From a virus (Duplodnaviria; Caudoviricetes): 64,000 nucleotides of DNA. The DNA is taken from positions 15,881 to 79,880 of IMG/VR virus record IMGVR_UViG_3300032007_000061; one strand, given 5' to 3'. The notes under the pieces were generated by a model. That model was not told the DNA's origin. It ran no database searches and was given only the letters and a program-made list of their open reading frames with translations. This document shows, in pieces, positions 54,019 to 63,100 of this stretch. The position numbers and the translations under genes are program-made. The stretch's first letter is position 1, and the number at the start of each line of letters is the position of its first letter.

Positions 54019-55392
54019 ATGGGAACATTCACATTTAACCAGGGCGCACAGGATTACAAAGGCGAAGTCCTTAACCATATCCTTACCTACGCCATTCAGG
54101 AGAATGAGACTTTCAAGGAAAACCTCATTCATGTTAAGTCTGGAATCCAGAAACGCTATGCACTGCCTCTGTTGCAGAGTGGTCGCATCATCCAGGACCA
54201 TAAGCCCACTCCCGATACGAGTGTTGGCGAGTTCAACTGGACGCAGCGCACCTTGGAGCCGAACGACTTTATGATCTACATCGAGTTCAATCCTCGTGAC
54301 TACGAAGAGTATTACAGAGAGTTCCAGCCCCACAACAACCTCCTGTTCCGTGAGCTTGACCCGACCGTTCAGGCCGCTATGCTCCAGCAGGTGTTGAAGA
54401 AGAAGGAAGCTTATCTCGACCACGCTATCTGGTGTTCTGCAAAGGCAGCTACCAAGGCCAAGATTGCCGCTACCAATGCACAGGAGCTTACCCTTGCTAT
54501 CGGTGCTGATGACGAGGCTGGTCCTATGAAGTATTTCGATGGTGCCATTGCCCGTCTGCTGATGAACTATGCAGCTGATGCCGATTCTGAGGACGCAAAG
54601 GGTGGCAAGTACATTCCTGTCGGCACTGGTACGTTCTCTAATGGTGAAGAGGTTGAGACCCAGCTGTATAAGATGTGGCGTGCCTGCCCTGCTAAGATTC
54701 GCAAGAACCCCAACTTGGAGTTCCTGATGGACTACAGCACATGGGATAAGTACGACCAGTATCTAAGCAACAAGAGCTTCAAGTACACCGACAACCGCGA
54801 TGAGAACCAGCGTCGTTTCCGTGGCAAGCGCGTACTGCCTCTCGTTTCGCTGCCTGAAAACACCATCATCCTCGGTCAGTTCTCTTCTGACGTTGATTCT
54901 AACCTCTGGATGGGTGTTGACTATGCAAGCGACCAGAACGTGCTCCAGGTTGAGAAGTTGCAGGCCAACAGTGAGCTGTGGTTTATGAAGATGATCCTGA
55001 AAATGGACGTCAACATCGTTAAGCCTGGTGAGATTGTTGCCCACCTGCCTTACACCTACGATGGTGTGCCCATTATCGTTCCTGGTGGTAATGATGATGA
55101 GGATGACGTTGAGTTCACTGATGTCAAGGCAGCTGAAATCTTCTCTGCTGTTGCCGACACGACTGGTCAGAACCCCTATTCTAAGGGCTGGTACACTGAG
55201 AGTGACGGCACTTACACCAAGTGCGCTGACACTGAGACCACACCCCAGCAGGATACCACTTATTACGAGGCCGCTAATCCTAAGACTGAGGGTTGGTACG
55301 AGCGCAGTGGTGAAGAGGGCAGCTATGAGTTCACTGAGACAACCGACGAGACGTACAATCCCGCTAAGACCTATTGGAAAGTTGTTGAGTAA
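54019..55392 (+). CDS. Major capsid protein with a C-terminal repeat extension
   Basis: Follows the protease; high-expression codon bias; C-term NPxxxGWY repeats; strong terminator downstream. Confidence 0.8.
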   Translation: MGTFTFNQGAQDYKGEVLNHILTYAIQENETFKENLIHVKSGIQKRYALPLLQSGRIIQDHKPTPDTSVGEFNWTQRTLEPNDFMIYIEFNPRDYEEYYREFQPHNNLLFRELDPTVQAAMLQQVLKKKEAYLDHAIWCSAKAATKAKIAATNAQELTLAIGADDEAGPMKYFDGAIARLLMNYAADADSEDAKGGKYIPVGTGTFSNGEEVETQLYKMWRACPAKIRKNPNLEFLMDYSTWDKYDQYLSNKSFKYTDNRDENQRRFRGKRVLPLVSLPENTIILGQFSSDVDSNLWMGVDYASDQNVLQVEKLQANSELWFMKMILKMDVNIVKPGEIVAHLPYTYDGVPIIVPGGNDDEDDVEFTDVKAAEIFSAVADTTGQNPYSKGWYTESDGTYTKCADTETTPQQDTTYYEAANPKTEGWYERSGEEGSYEFTETTDETYNPAKTYWKVVE

Positions 55393-55399
55393 AACCGCG

Positions 55400-55423
55400 T
55401 GACAGGGGCTTCGGCCCCTTCAC
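55400..55423 (+). terminator. Hairpin after the capsid gene
   Basis: AGGGGC-TTCG-GCCCCT. Confidence 0.7.
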
Positions 55424-55440
55424 TCAAATTCTATACAGCT

Positions 55441-55596
55441 ATGAAGAAAAAGGATGAAACGGTTGAAACTCCGAAAAAGACCTCTAAAAAGGCAGCTGCT
55501 ATCAGTGTTAGCTTCTCTGAAACACCAGTTGTAGTAAAGGGTAAGATTGCCAAGCCAAAGACGTGCGTAGGCCGCATTGTCAAGAAAGGCAAATAA
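55441..55596 (+). CDS. Small basic protein (51 aa)
   Basis: Lys-rich; lies between capsid and sheath. Confidence 0.5.
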   Translation: MKKKDETVETPKKTSKKAAAISVSFSETPVVVKGKIAKPKTCVGRIVKKGK

Positions 55597-55658
55597 CCGA
55601 TACTCGGTGTAATGAGTAGAATTTCAAAAATTAAGTAATAAACAAATAACAACAGACA

Positions 55659-57137
55659 ATGACGAACACAAACTTAGGTGGTGTCTTTACGAAAGACACT
55701 GACGGTAACATCGGTTCTGGCGCACTTGTCAGCACCGAAAATGTTTGCGGTATCATTTTCGACACAAATGGGTTTACCACTCCACTTGGTAGCGGCGATG
55801 CTGCTACTATATTTGCCAATGGCAATGTGGTTGAAGTGAACTCCATGAAGGATGTCAAGGCTGCTGGTATTGACGAGACCATCATGGGTGGCCTTGTTTA
55901 TCATCACCTTAACAACTTCTTCACTCTCGCAGGTAACAACCAGCGTCTGTTCGTGTCGTTCATGGACTCTTCTGTTGATACCACGTTCACGGCTATTGAG
56001 CAGATGCAGCTCGCAGCTAATGGTATCATCTATCAGATTGGCTTGTGGACCACCCAGCCATTCGCACAGCAGACCGTTGAGTACAAGGAAGTTGCCAATC
56101 CCACTGGTAATCCTGCTTCACAGCACTATTACAAGAGAAGTGGTGACAACTATGTTGAGGCTTCTGAGACTGAGGTTGCCAGCAACACCACTTACTACAC
56201 GGCCAGCACCGCCTTTGGCGTTATCGACAATGGCATCCTTACCAAGCTTCAGAATCAGGCAGAGGTTCTTGGTGGTAAGATTGACGTTATCAACTATGAG
56301 GGCTTCTCTCCTGTCAATATCCTGCTTAATGCACCTGTTGCAAGTGTGGCAGAGATTGACATCACGAAGCTTCCCGACCTCTCTACACTCGACCTGCCGA
56401 AGGTGTCTGTACTGCTTGGTCAGCCCTCTAACGATGACGTTCATTCCATCCAGGAGAAGCTTGGTGGTTATGCAGTCGTTGGTAACATCGGTGCTGCACT
56501 TGCTTGTCTGGCCGTTGCTCCTGCAGAGGTTAGCTTGGGTTGGGTTGAGAGCTTCAACCTCGCAAAGGTTATGACCAATGCAGAGCTTGGTTTCGGTAAT
56601 CTGGTACGTGCTTCTCAGGCTACTGACGGTGTTTACAAGTTCACGGCTGCCGCTGCTTTCACTAACATCAAGACCTTGGGCTACACCAGCCGCAATAACA
56701 ATCTGCACCGTAAGGGATACATCTTCCTGACCGACTATGCCGGCATCGAGAACGGTGTATTCTTCTCTTGCGATCAGACTCTTAGCACTGGTGACTATCG
56801 TACTATCGGACGTGGCCGTGTGATGCACAAGTCTCGTCGCGTAGTCCGTCTGGCACTTCTGCCTTACGTGAACTCTACATGGGAGCTTGACGCTTCTACT
56901 GGCCGTCTGTCAGCTTCTGACATCACCATGATTCAGAACTTGGTCATCAATGCTCTGGACGTGAACATGGTTGAGCCTGGCACTTCTAAGCCTCAGATCA
57001 GTGGCCGTAAGTGTGTCATCGACGGCACTCAGAACATTCTTGCGAATGATGAGCTGCACATTGACTACGCTATGGTTCCTGTTGGCTGTACGTCTGCTAT
57101 CTATGTCACTGAGGGTTTCACCACATCTGTTAAGTAA
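55659..57137 (+). CDS. Tail sheath-like protein 1 (DUF2586-like)
   Basis: Precedes the tube; C-term DYRTIGRGRVMHKSRR..ISGRKCVID.QNIL..LHIDY.MVPVG. Confidence 0.75.
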   Translation: MTNTNLGGVFTKDTDGNIGSGALVSTENVCGIIFDTNGFTTPLGSGDAATIFANGNVVEVNSMKDVKAAGIDETIMGGLVYHHLNNFFTLAGNNQRLFVSFMDSSVDTTFTAIEQMQLAANGIIYQIGLWTTQPFAQQTVEYKEVANPTGNPASQHYYKRSGDNYVEASETEVASNTTYYTASTAFGVIDNGILTKLQNQAEVLGGKIDVINYEGFSPVNILLNAPVASVAEIDITKLPDLSTLDLPKVSVLLGQPSNDDVHSIQEKLGGYAVVGNIGAALACLAVAPAEVSLGWVESFNLAKVMTNAELGFGNLVRASQATDGVYKFTAAAAFTNIKTLGYTSRNNNLHRKGYIFLTDYAGIENGVFFSCDQTLSTGDYRTIGRGRVMHKSRRVVRLALLPYVNSTWELDASTGRLSASDITMIQNLVINALDVNMVEPGTSKPQISGRKCVIDGTQNILANDELHIDYAMVPVGCTSAIYVTEGFTTSVK

Positions 57138-57156
57138 CCAATAAAACGACACAACA

Positions 57157-57642
57157 ATGACAAAGATTAATCACGTCGCCTATTCGTGGTCTATGATTCA
57201 ACTCCAGACCACGCTCGCTGGAGAGAGTGCCGATGCCCCGTTGTTTGTTGATGCTACGGCTATCGAATGGTCTGCTGAACGTAAGTCAGAGCCTATCTAT
57301 GGTCTTGGTGGTCAGCCTCGTGGTCGTGGATTCGGCAATATCGAGTATAGTGCTTCTATCGAACTGTCCTATCTTGCACAGGTTGAACTCCGTGCAAAAT
57401 CTGAGGACGGTACGATGATGGGTTTGGGCCAGTTCAACTTGGTTATCAGCTGGGTCAACGACTTTGCTGAGAATGTCACCACTGAGACGGTCACTCTTGC
57501 AGAGTGCTACTTCACTCAGAGCGGCATGGATGCCAAGCAGGACGATACCAGCATCACCAAGTCTTTCGACCTCCATCCGTACCGCATCTACACCGATGCA
57601 AGTGCGCAGACAAGCTGGTCGAACGAGCTGTATGCGAAGTAG
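57157..57642 (+). CDS. Tail tube protein
   Basis: INHVAYSWSMI..YGLGGQPRGRGFGNIEYSASI. Confidence 0.8.
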   Translation: MTKINHVAYSWSMIQLQTTLAGESADAPLFVDATAIEWSAERKSEPIYGLGGQPRGRGFGNIEYSASIELSYLAQVELRAKSEDGTMMGLGQFNLVISWVNDFAENVTTETVTLAECYFTQSGMDAKQDDTSITKSFDLHPYRIYTDASAQTSWSNELYAK

Positions 57643-57665
57643 GACCAATAGCAAATATTTCAAGA

Positions 57666-57700
57666 ATGATGGGTGCTTTTTACGAGGCATCCATCATTTT
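57666..57700 (+). terminator. Intrinsic terminator after the tube gene
   Basis: ATGATGGGTGC/GCATCCATCAT stem + T run. Confidence 0.75.
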
Positions 57701-57734
57701 TATGCTTTTTTATGAATTACGATAGATGTTTTTT

Positions 57735-57743
57735 CACTATAAT
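57735..57743 (+). promoter_or_regulatory. CACTATAAT motif
   Basis: Lies between the terminator and ATG 57775. Confidence 0.55.
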
Positions 57744-57774
57744 ATAATGAGTATCACTTAAAATTTTTTATAAC

Positions 57775-58032
57775 ATGAAAGTTGATTTTTCACAAATTAA
57801 GGTCAAGGACATCGAGGGAAACGAGAGTATTGTTGACATTTCTCAGGACCTCGGTAACATGATGTATCTTAATGCCAAGGATATTGCAGTAGCAGACCTC
57901 GGACATGAGATTTACCACAAGAAAGAAGTTGAGCTTACCAAGGAGCAGGCAAAAGCCGTTGCTGAGTATGTGAACAATGGCTTCAAGGCATTTGTTAAGC
58001 GTGAATTGCTGCCCATCTTACAGGCTGAGTAA
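57775..58032 (+). CDS. Small conserved Bacteroidales phage tail-region protein
   Basis: MKVDFSQIKVKDIEG..LGNMMY..EIYHKKEVEL. Confidence 0.7.
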   Translation: MKVDFSQIKVKDIEGNESIVDISQDLGNMMYLNAKDIAVADLGHEIYHKKEVELTKEQAKAVAEYVNNGFKAFVKRELLPILQAE

Positions 58033-58060
58033 TTTATAAACCATTTATATCATAAAAGTT

Positions 58061-58477
58061 ATGGAAGAAGTAAAAACAGCAACTGCCCAGGGCGAGATTA
58101 TCCTGGACGAGAATGAGGTGAACATTTCTGTCGCTATGCGTGAGGAAATTACCAAGAAGATTGAGGAACTTCGCCAGAGCACTGGCAACAAGCGTATTCA
58201 GGCCATCGTCGTTGTCGGTGACGAATACGATGAGAAGCCCATGTACGTCGGCTATTTCAAGCGTCCTAACACGATGCAGTTCTCTCTCTGGATGAATCAG
58301 GCACAGAAAGACCCCGTTGTGGCCAACAAGACCCTTGCACAGAACTGCTTCATCAGCGGTGACAAGGAGCTGGTTGACGATGAGGACCTGTTCCTGTATG
58401 GCACCATGTCTAAGATTTCGCTGCTGATCAACAGCCGCAATGCAGACCTGGTAAAGCTATCGAGCGCTGCAAAGTAG
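58061..58477 (+). CDS. Tail assembly chaperone (lambda G-like)
   Basis: Lies between tube and tape measure; overlapping -1 frame extension. Confidence 0.75.
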   Translation: MEEVKTATAQGEIILDENEVNISVAMREEITKKIEELRQSTGNKRIQAIVVVGDEYDEKPMYVGYFKRPNTMQFSLWMNQAQKDPVVANKTLAQNCFISGDKELVDDEDLFLYGTMSKISLLINSRNADLVKLSSAAK

Positions 58478-58674
58478 AAGAGAAAGACTACTTTCGCCAG
58501 CGCTGCATCCTTATCGCGCACTACTTCCCCCAGAAGAACTACTTGGAAATGGACGATGAGGAATTTGCTGAATGGTCAGAGAACGCCCTATGGCTTCACT
58601 CCCAGATGCAGATGATACAGCAAGCCAATACGATGAGTGCAATGGGGGCTGCGTTCGGCGCAAAAAAGAGGTAG
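58456..58674 (+). CDS. Frameshift extension of the tail chaperone (GT-like)
   Basis: -1 frame reads AIERCKVEEKDYFRQRCILIAHYFPQKNYLEMDDEEFAEWSENALWL...; preceded by G GTA AAG and a hairpin. Confidence 0.7.
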   Translation, partial: AIERCKVEEKDYFRQRCILIAHYFPQKNYLEMDDEEFAEWSENALWLHSQMQMIQQANTMSAMGAAFGAKKR

Positions 58675-58716
58675 GCATTGGGCTTTTCCAGTGTTTACCT
58701 CTTTCTTTTTTATAGG

Positions 58717-58725
58717 CACTATAAT
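58717..58725 (+). promoter_or_regulatory. CACTATAAT motif
   Basis: Ends 19 nt before ATG 58744. Confidence 0.55.
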
Positions 58726-58743
58726 ATATAAAAATCAAGTAAA

Positions 58744-60054
58744 ATGCCAGGATTAGGATACGTTTCATTAGGCAAGCTCAATTTGCTCAATGCCACATTC
58801 TCTTTTGACGAGAAGATATGTGGTATGTTGTTTGATTATGGTATGTATGAGGACCCGTTTGATGACCATGTGCAACTGGAGAACTACTTTGGTAATAACC
58901 AAGTGTGGCTCATCCGTAATCTGGAAGAGATTGAGGAAATGGGATTGTCAGATGAGTTTATGAATGGAGTGCCTTACTATCACATCAAGCAGTTCTACGA
59001 TTATGTCGGTGCCGATGCTGATTTGTATGTTATGTTTTCCAATTGTATCAGTAATGGAAAGCCTGACTTTGAGGCCATTCAAATTATCCAGCAGGCATCT
59101 AATGGAAAGATATTCCAATTGGGCATTTGGACTGAACAATGTATCTGGAAGTCAGGTTTGAGTGACTATGACTTCACCAGCTTGCTTGGTGAAATAGAAT
59201 CTCAGGCAGAGGTTCTTTCCGGCATTGTGAATAAGACTGCTGCAGATGGTTTGCCACTCAGTGTTATACTCAATGCTAATACGGCAAAAATTGATGATGT
59301 TGACGGCAAATATGTCGTTGACCACAAGAAGATACCTGATGCAACCAGCTTGAATTTTCCGAAGATTTCAGTTATCCTCGGTCAGAACGGCACAGATGAA
59401 GTTCACGAAATGCAGTTGGCCAATAACCATAAGACACCAGTTGGAATGATGGGATTGGCACTCGCTTGTCTTTGCCTTTCATCTGCTGAAATGAATATCG
59501 GCTATGTTGACAAGTTCGACCTCAATAAGAATGATGATCTGAATGACGCTGAATTAGGTTTCGGTAATGTTGGCGGTGGTGATTACACCCCTATCAAAGA
59601 CCTGAATAAAGTCAGAAGAAACATTATCTCGCTCAAAGGCTACATATTGCCAACTACTTATAAATCAAAGGAATCTGGCATCTATTTCAGCAATGACCAG
59701 ACCTTATCGGAGCGAGACTTTTCCACTATATCATTGAACCGATTGGCTCATAAATGCCGTCGAATCATCAGGTCAGTCATGTTTCCATACGTCAACGGAA
59801 ATATAGACATCGACCCGTCATCTGGTGCTGTCAACTTAACGGAACAGACCAGAATCACCAATCTCATTATCGAGCGACTGGATGCTAACATGGTCAATCC
59901 TCTTGGTCAGGAGCAAATTAGTGGAAGATATGTGAAATTTGATGATACCAAGAATATCCTTATGACCGATGAGTTGGACCTGAACTGCTACTTTGTGCCA
60001 GTGGGTTCAAACATGGCTATCGACATCAAGGAAGCCTATATTCTTAACGAATAA
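58744..60054 (+). CDS. Tail sheath-like protein 2 (paralogue of 55659-57137)
   Basis: Shared blocks IFQLGIWT, SQAEVLSG, PKISVILGQ, AELGFGN, FSNDQTLS, ISGR..NIL..VPVG. Confidence 0.75.
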   Translation: MPGLGYVSLGKLNLLNATFSFDEKICGMLFDYGMYEDPFDDHVQLENYFGNNQVWLIRNLEEIEEMGLSDEFMNGVPYYHIKQFYDYVGADADLYVMFSNCISNGKPDFEAIQIIQQASNGKIFQLGIWTEQCIWKSGLSDYDFTSLLGEIESQAEVLSGIVNKTAADGLPLSVILNANTAKIDDVDGKYVVDHKKIPDATSLNFPKISVILGQNGTDEVHEMQLANNHKTPVGMMGLALACLCLSSAEMNIGYVDKFDLNKNDDLNDAELGFGNVGGGDYTPIKDLNKVRRNIISLKGYILPTTYKSKESGIYFSNDQTLSERDFSTISLNRLAHKCRRIIRSVMFPYVNGNIDIDPSSGAVNLTEQTRITNLIIERLDANMVNPLGQEQISGRYVKFDDTKNILMTDELDLNCYFVPVGSNMAIDIKEAYILNE

Positions 60055-60086
60055 GCATATAATGCTTAAAAACTGGTGTCCGAAAT

Positions 60087-60095
60087 GACTATAAT
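60087..60095 (+). promoter_or_regulatory. GACTATAAT motif
   Basis: Ends 20 nt before ATG 60115. Confidence 0.55.
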
Positions 60096-60114
60096 CTAAA
60101 AACAGCGATTCATA

Positions 60115-63100
60115 ATGGCCGAAACAAAGAATTATATTGTAAATTATGACATAATTACCAATGTTGACAAGGCTCTTGGTCCTTTGAAAGAATTTGAGAG
60201 AGTTGCCAATGGACTGTATAGTAATGCGGAAAAGTTGTCTGAAAAGACTGGTCTTTCTCGTATTAATGCGGAAATGGATGATTTTTTGCGTCGTATTGAA
60301 AATGTGAAAAAATCATTCGAAAAGATTCAGCCTGCATTTAATCTGCAACATTTACAAGATAATCTTAGAACGATGGAACGTATGGTCAGCAAATCTGCTG
60401 GCAATATGAGAACCTCCATCCAGTCTGCCTTGTCTGGTGCAAATCCTAAAGAAACACAGCTATCACATGGTAATAGGTCGCTGATAAACAATTATTTAGA
60501 TGAAATAGATAGGGTTGAGAAAATCGTTAAGGAAAAGAAAAAGAAACTTAACGATATGTTACCACCGGACCCAAAATATCGTACTCGTACAACAAGAGAT
60601 ATTCTTAGTGCATACGGTGATCCAAGAGAATTACCAGAGTTTATTGAATTAGACAAAGACATTAAGGATCAACAAAAGTATCTAAAGAATATCAAGTCAA
60701 AACTTGCAGATGCAAGAAAAGAGTACAATACTGCTGCAAAATCTGCTGGAAGTCCTTATCTGCCGAATGATTTGATGAGTCCAAAACAATGGCGTGCCCT
60801 TCAAATTAATGGTAAAGAAGCTGATGTCGCAAGACAACAAAGGATAAGGGATGAGTATGCAAAGCAACTTCGTGACGCGAGGGCCGCTGCTTATCGTGAA
60901 ATGCCAACACAACCAACAGTTATTCCACAAAATATGTTGGAAACTGTTGGTATGATTCCTCAATTGGAAACTGCATACGAAAATGCTAAAAATATTGCCC
61001 GTACAAAAAGAGCTGAATTGTCTAAATCAATTACGGCCCCATTAAGTGTTGCAAGACCAGATTTCTATGACACTTTCAAAGAATATGATAGTGCTATGAA
61101 GAGATTTGGTTCTACAGATGATATTGCAAATCTCGAAGCAGCAGAAAAAGCAAAGCAACACATCATGCAAGCTGGTGGGTATGATGAAAAGCAGTTTAAT
61201 AGGTCATACAAACAATTTGGTGAATATGAAAAGTATTTATCTGAATTGACAAAATGGAGAGAAAAGCTTGAACGCTTTGAAAAATCCTTCAAAAATAGTA
61301 ATGTCTATCAAAGCAGACGTTCTGCACTTCTTAGACTAAGAGAAGCTTACGCAACACAGCGTCAAGTAGATGCTATGCGTACAAAAGCAGAAATCGTCAC
61401 ACCATCAACATCATCAGTATCTACTGGTGGCTCTACGACTTCTATTTTTGGCGGTCAATCACAGATAATAGAAAAGGCATTTACTGGAAAATTAACATTA
61501 ATACCAGATTTTGCTACTGCAAAAGCTACGATAGCCGCTGAACGCTTTAGTGCTAATGTAAGCCTTGTTCCACTTATAAGTGAATTGCGTACTAAGCTTG
61601 GTTCTGAAATATTCAAAATCAATGTAGAAGCTCAGATTGCAAAATCAAAAACAAAGGGAAAGAATGGTGTTACAGGGGCAATTGGAGTTTTACAACAAGA
61701 GTTGAATCAATTGCAGCAAAGTGCAAAAGCCCCAATTTCTGTTGGAACACAATTAGACCGTAGTGGTTTATTAGCACGTGCTTCAAGCGGTTACAACACC
61801 CTACAAGAATTAGCAAAACGTCATCCTATAACCTATAAGCTTGCATCTGATGGCAGTGGTGGTTTCAGCCTTAATCAGGCTTTAGCACGATTGACAGAAC
61901 TTGCAAAGAGCCGTCCTGTACCATTCAAAATGGTGCATGATGGCAGTGGTGGCTTTGCTTTGAACCAAGCACTTGCACGTCTGCAGTCGCTTGCTAACAC
62001 ACGTCCTATCCAGTTAAAGACCGCATTATCTGGAAACGGTACGATTAACGTCAACTCTATTAAGCCAACTGGTTCCGTTAATGTGCCGTTGAGAGGTGTT
62101 CTGTATAAGAAGAACATCACGCCACCATCAACACCCATCCAGGTTAAGGTTGCCGCTAAGATAGCTGGTGGTAACAATAAGAACTTTGGACTTAATATCA
62201 ATACGCTTGGTCTTGAATCCAAAGTTGCTCAATTGGAGAGACTTCGTACCGTTTGGGCATCACTTCCCAGAACTGGTAGCAGAACATATACTGTCAACTT
62301 AAAGACCACTGGCCTTGAAAATATCGCAAGGTTAGAGCAGCTATTGCGTTTGGTCAATAAGATGCCGCCATCTGATCGCAGGTCATACAATATTGCCGCA
62401 AGAGTTAGTGAAACTGGTGGTCGAACAACAACTATCGGTGCCATTGGAGGCAGTCGCAGAACACCAGTATATACCAAGTCTGCTGACGATTTCTACACAC
62501 GTTCCCGTAAGTGGGCTTATCCGTTTACTGGTAACACCTCATTCGGTGCTCGTACTCCAGCTGCCTTTGATATGATGAAGGGCATGGGTGTTATGATGGG
62601 TATCGGTGGTGCTATGGGTGTCATCGGTGGTTCATTCTCTGATGCCGTCAACTACCAGAACGTGATGGAAACGGCAAGGGCCATTCTTCGTGACAACTAC
62701 AAGGGCAACAACTTCAATTCGGACTATGCTGACATGGTTCGTGTTGTAAGAGACGTGGCCATGCGTACCAAGTTCACGGCTCCAGAAGCAGCCGATGCAG
62801 CTCGGTTTATGGCTATGGCTGGTTTGGATATTCCTGCAATTAAAGGGGCAATATCTCCTATAGCAGATGTTGCCGCTATTAGTGACATGGATTTGGGCAT
62901 TGTTGCAGATAAGATGACCAATATTATGACCACTTATCAGAGAAGCCCAGAGCAGATGCGCAACCTTGCAGACATGATGACCAAGACGTTCACCAGCACC
63001 AATACCGACATGATGATGCTGGCAGAATCGCTGCAGTATGCTGGTCCTATGGCATTTGCTTCTGGTCAGTCACTTGCTGAGACATTGGCTATGATCGGTA

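Noticed and set aside
53398-54423. Long antisense ORFs (341 aa here; also 30535-31383, 13848-14717, 3996-4811, 43931-44746)
   Set aside because: They lie opposite well-supported genes with biased codon usage and translate to implausible sequences; shadow ORFs.
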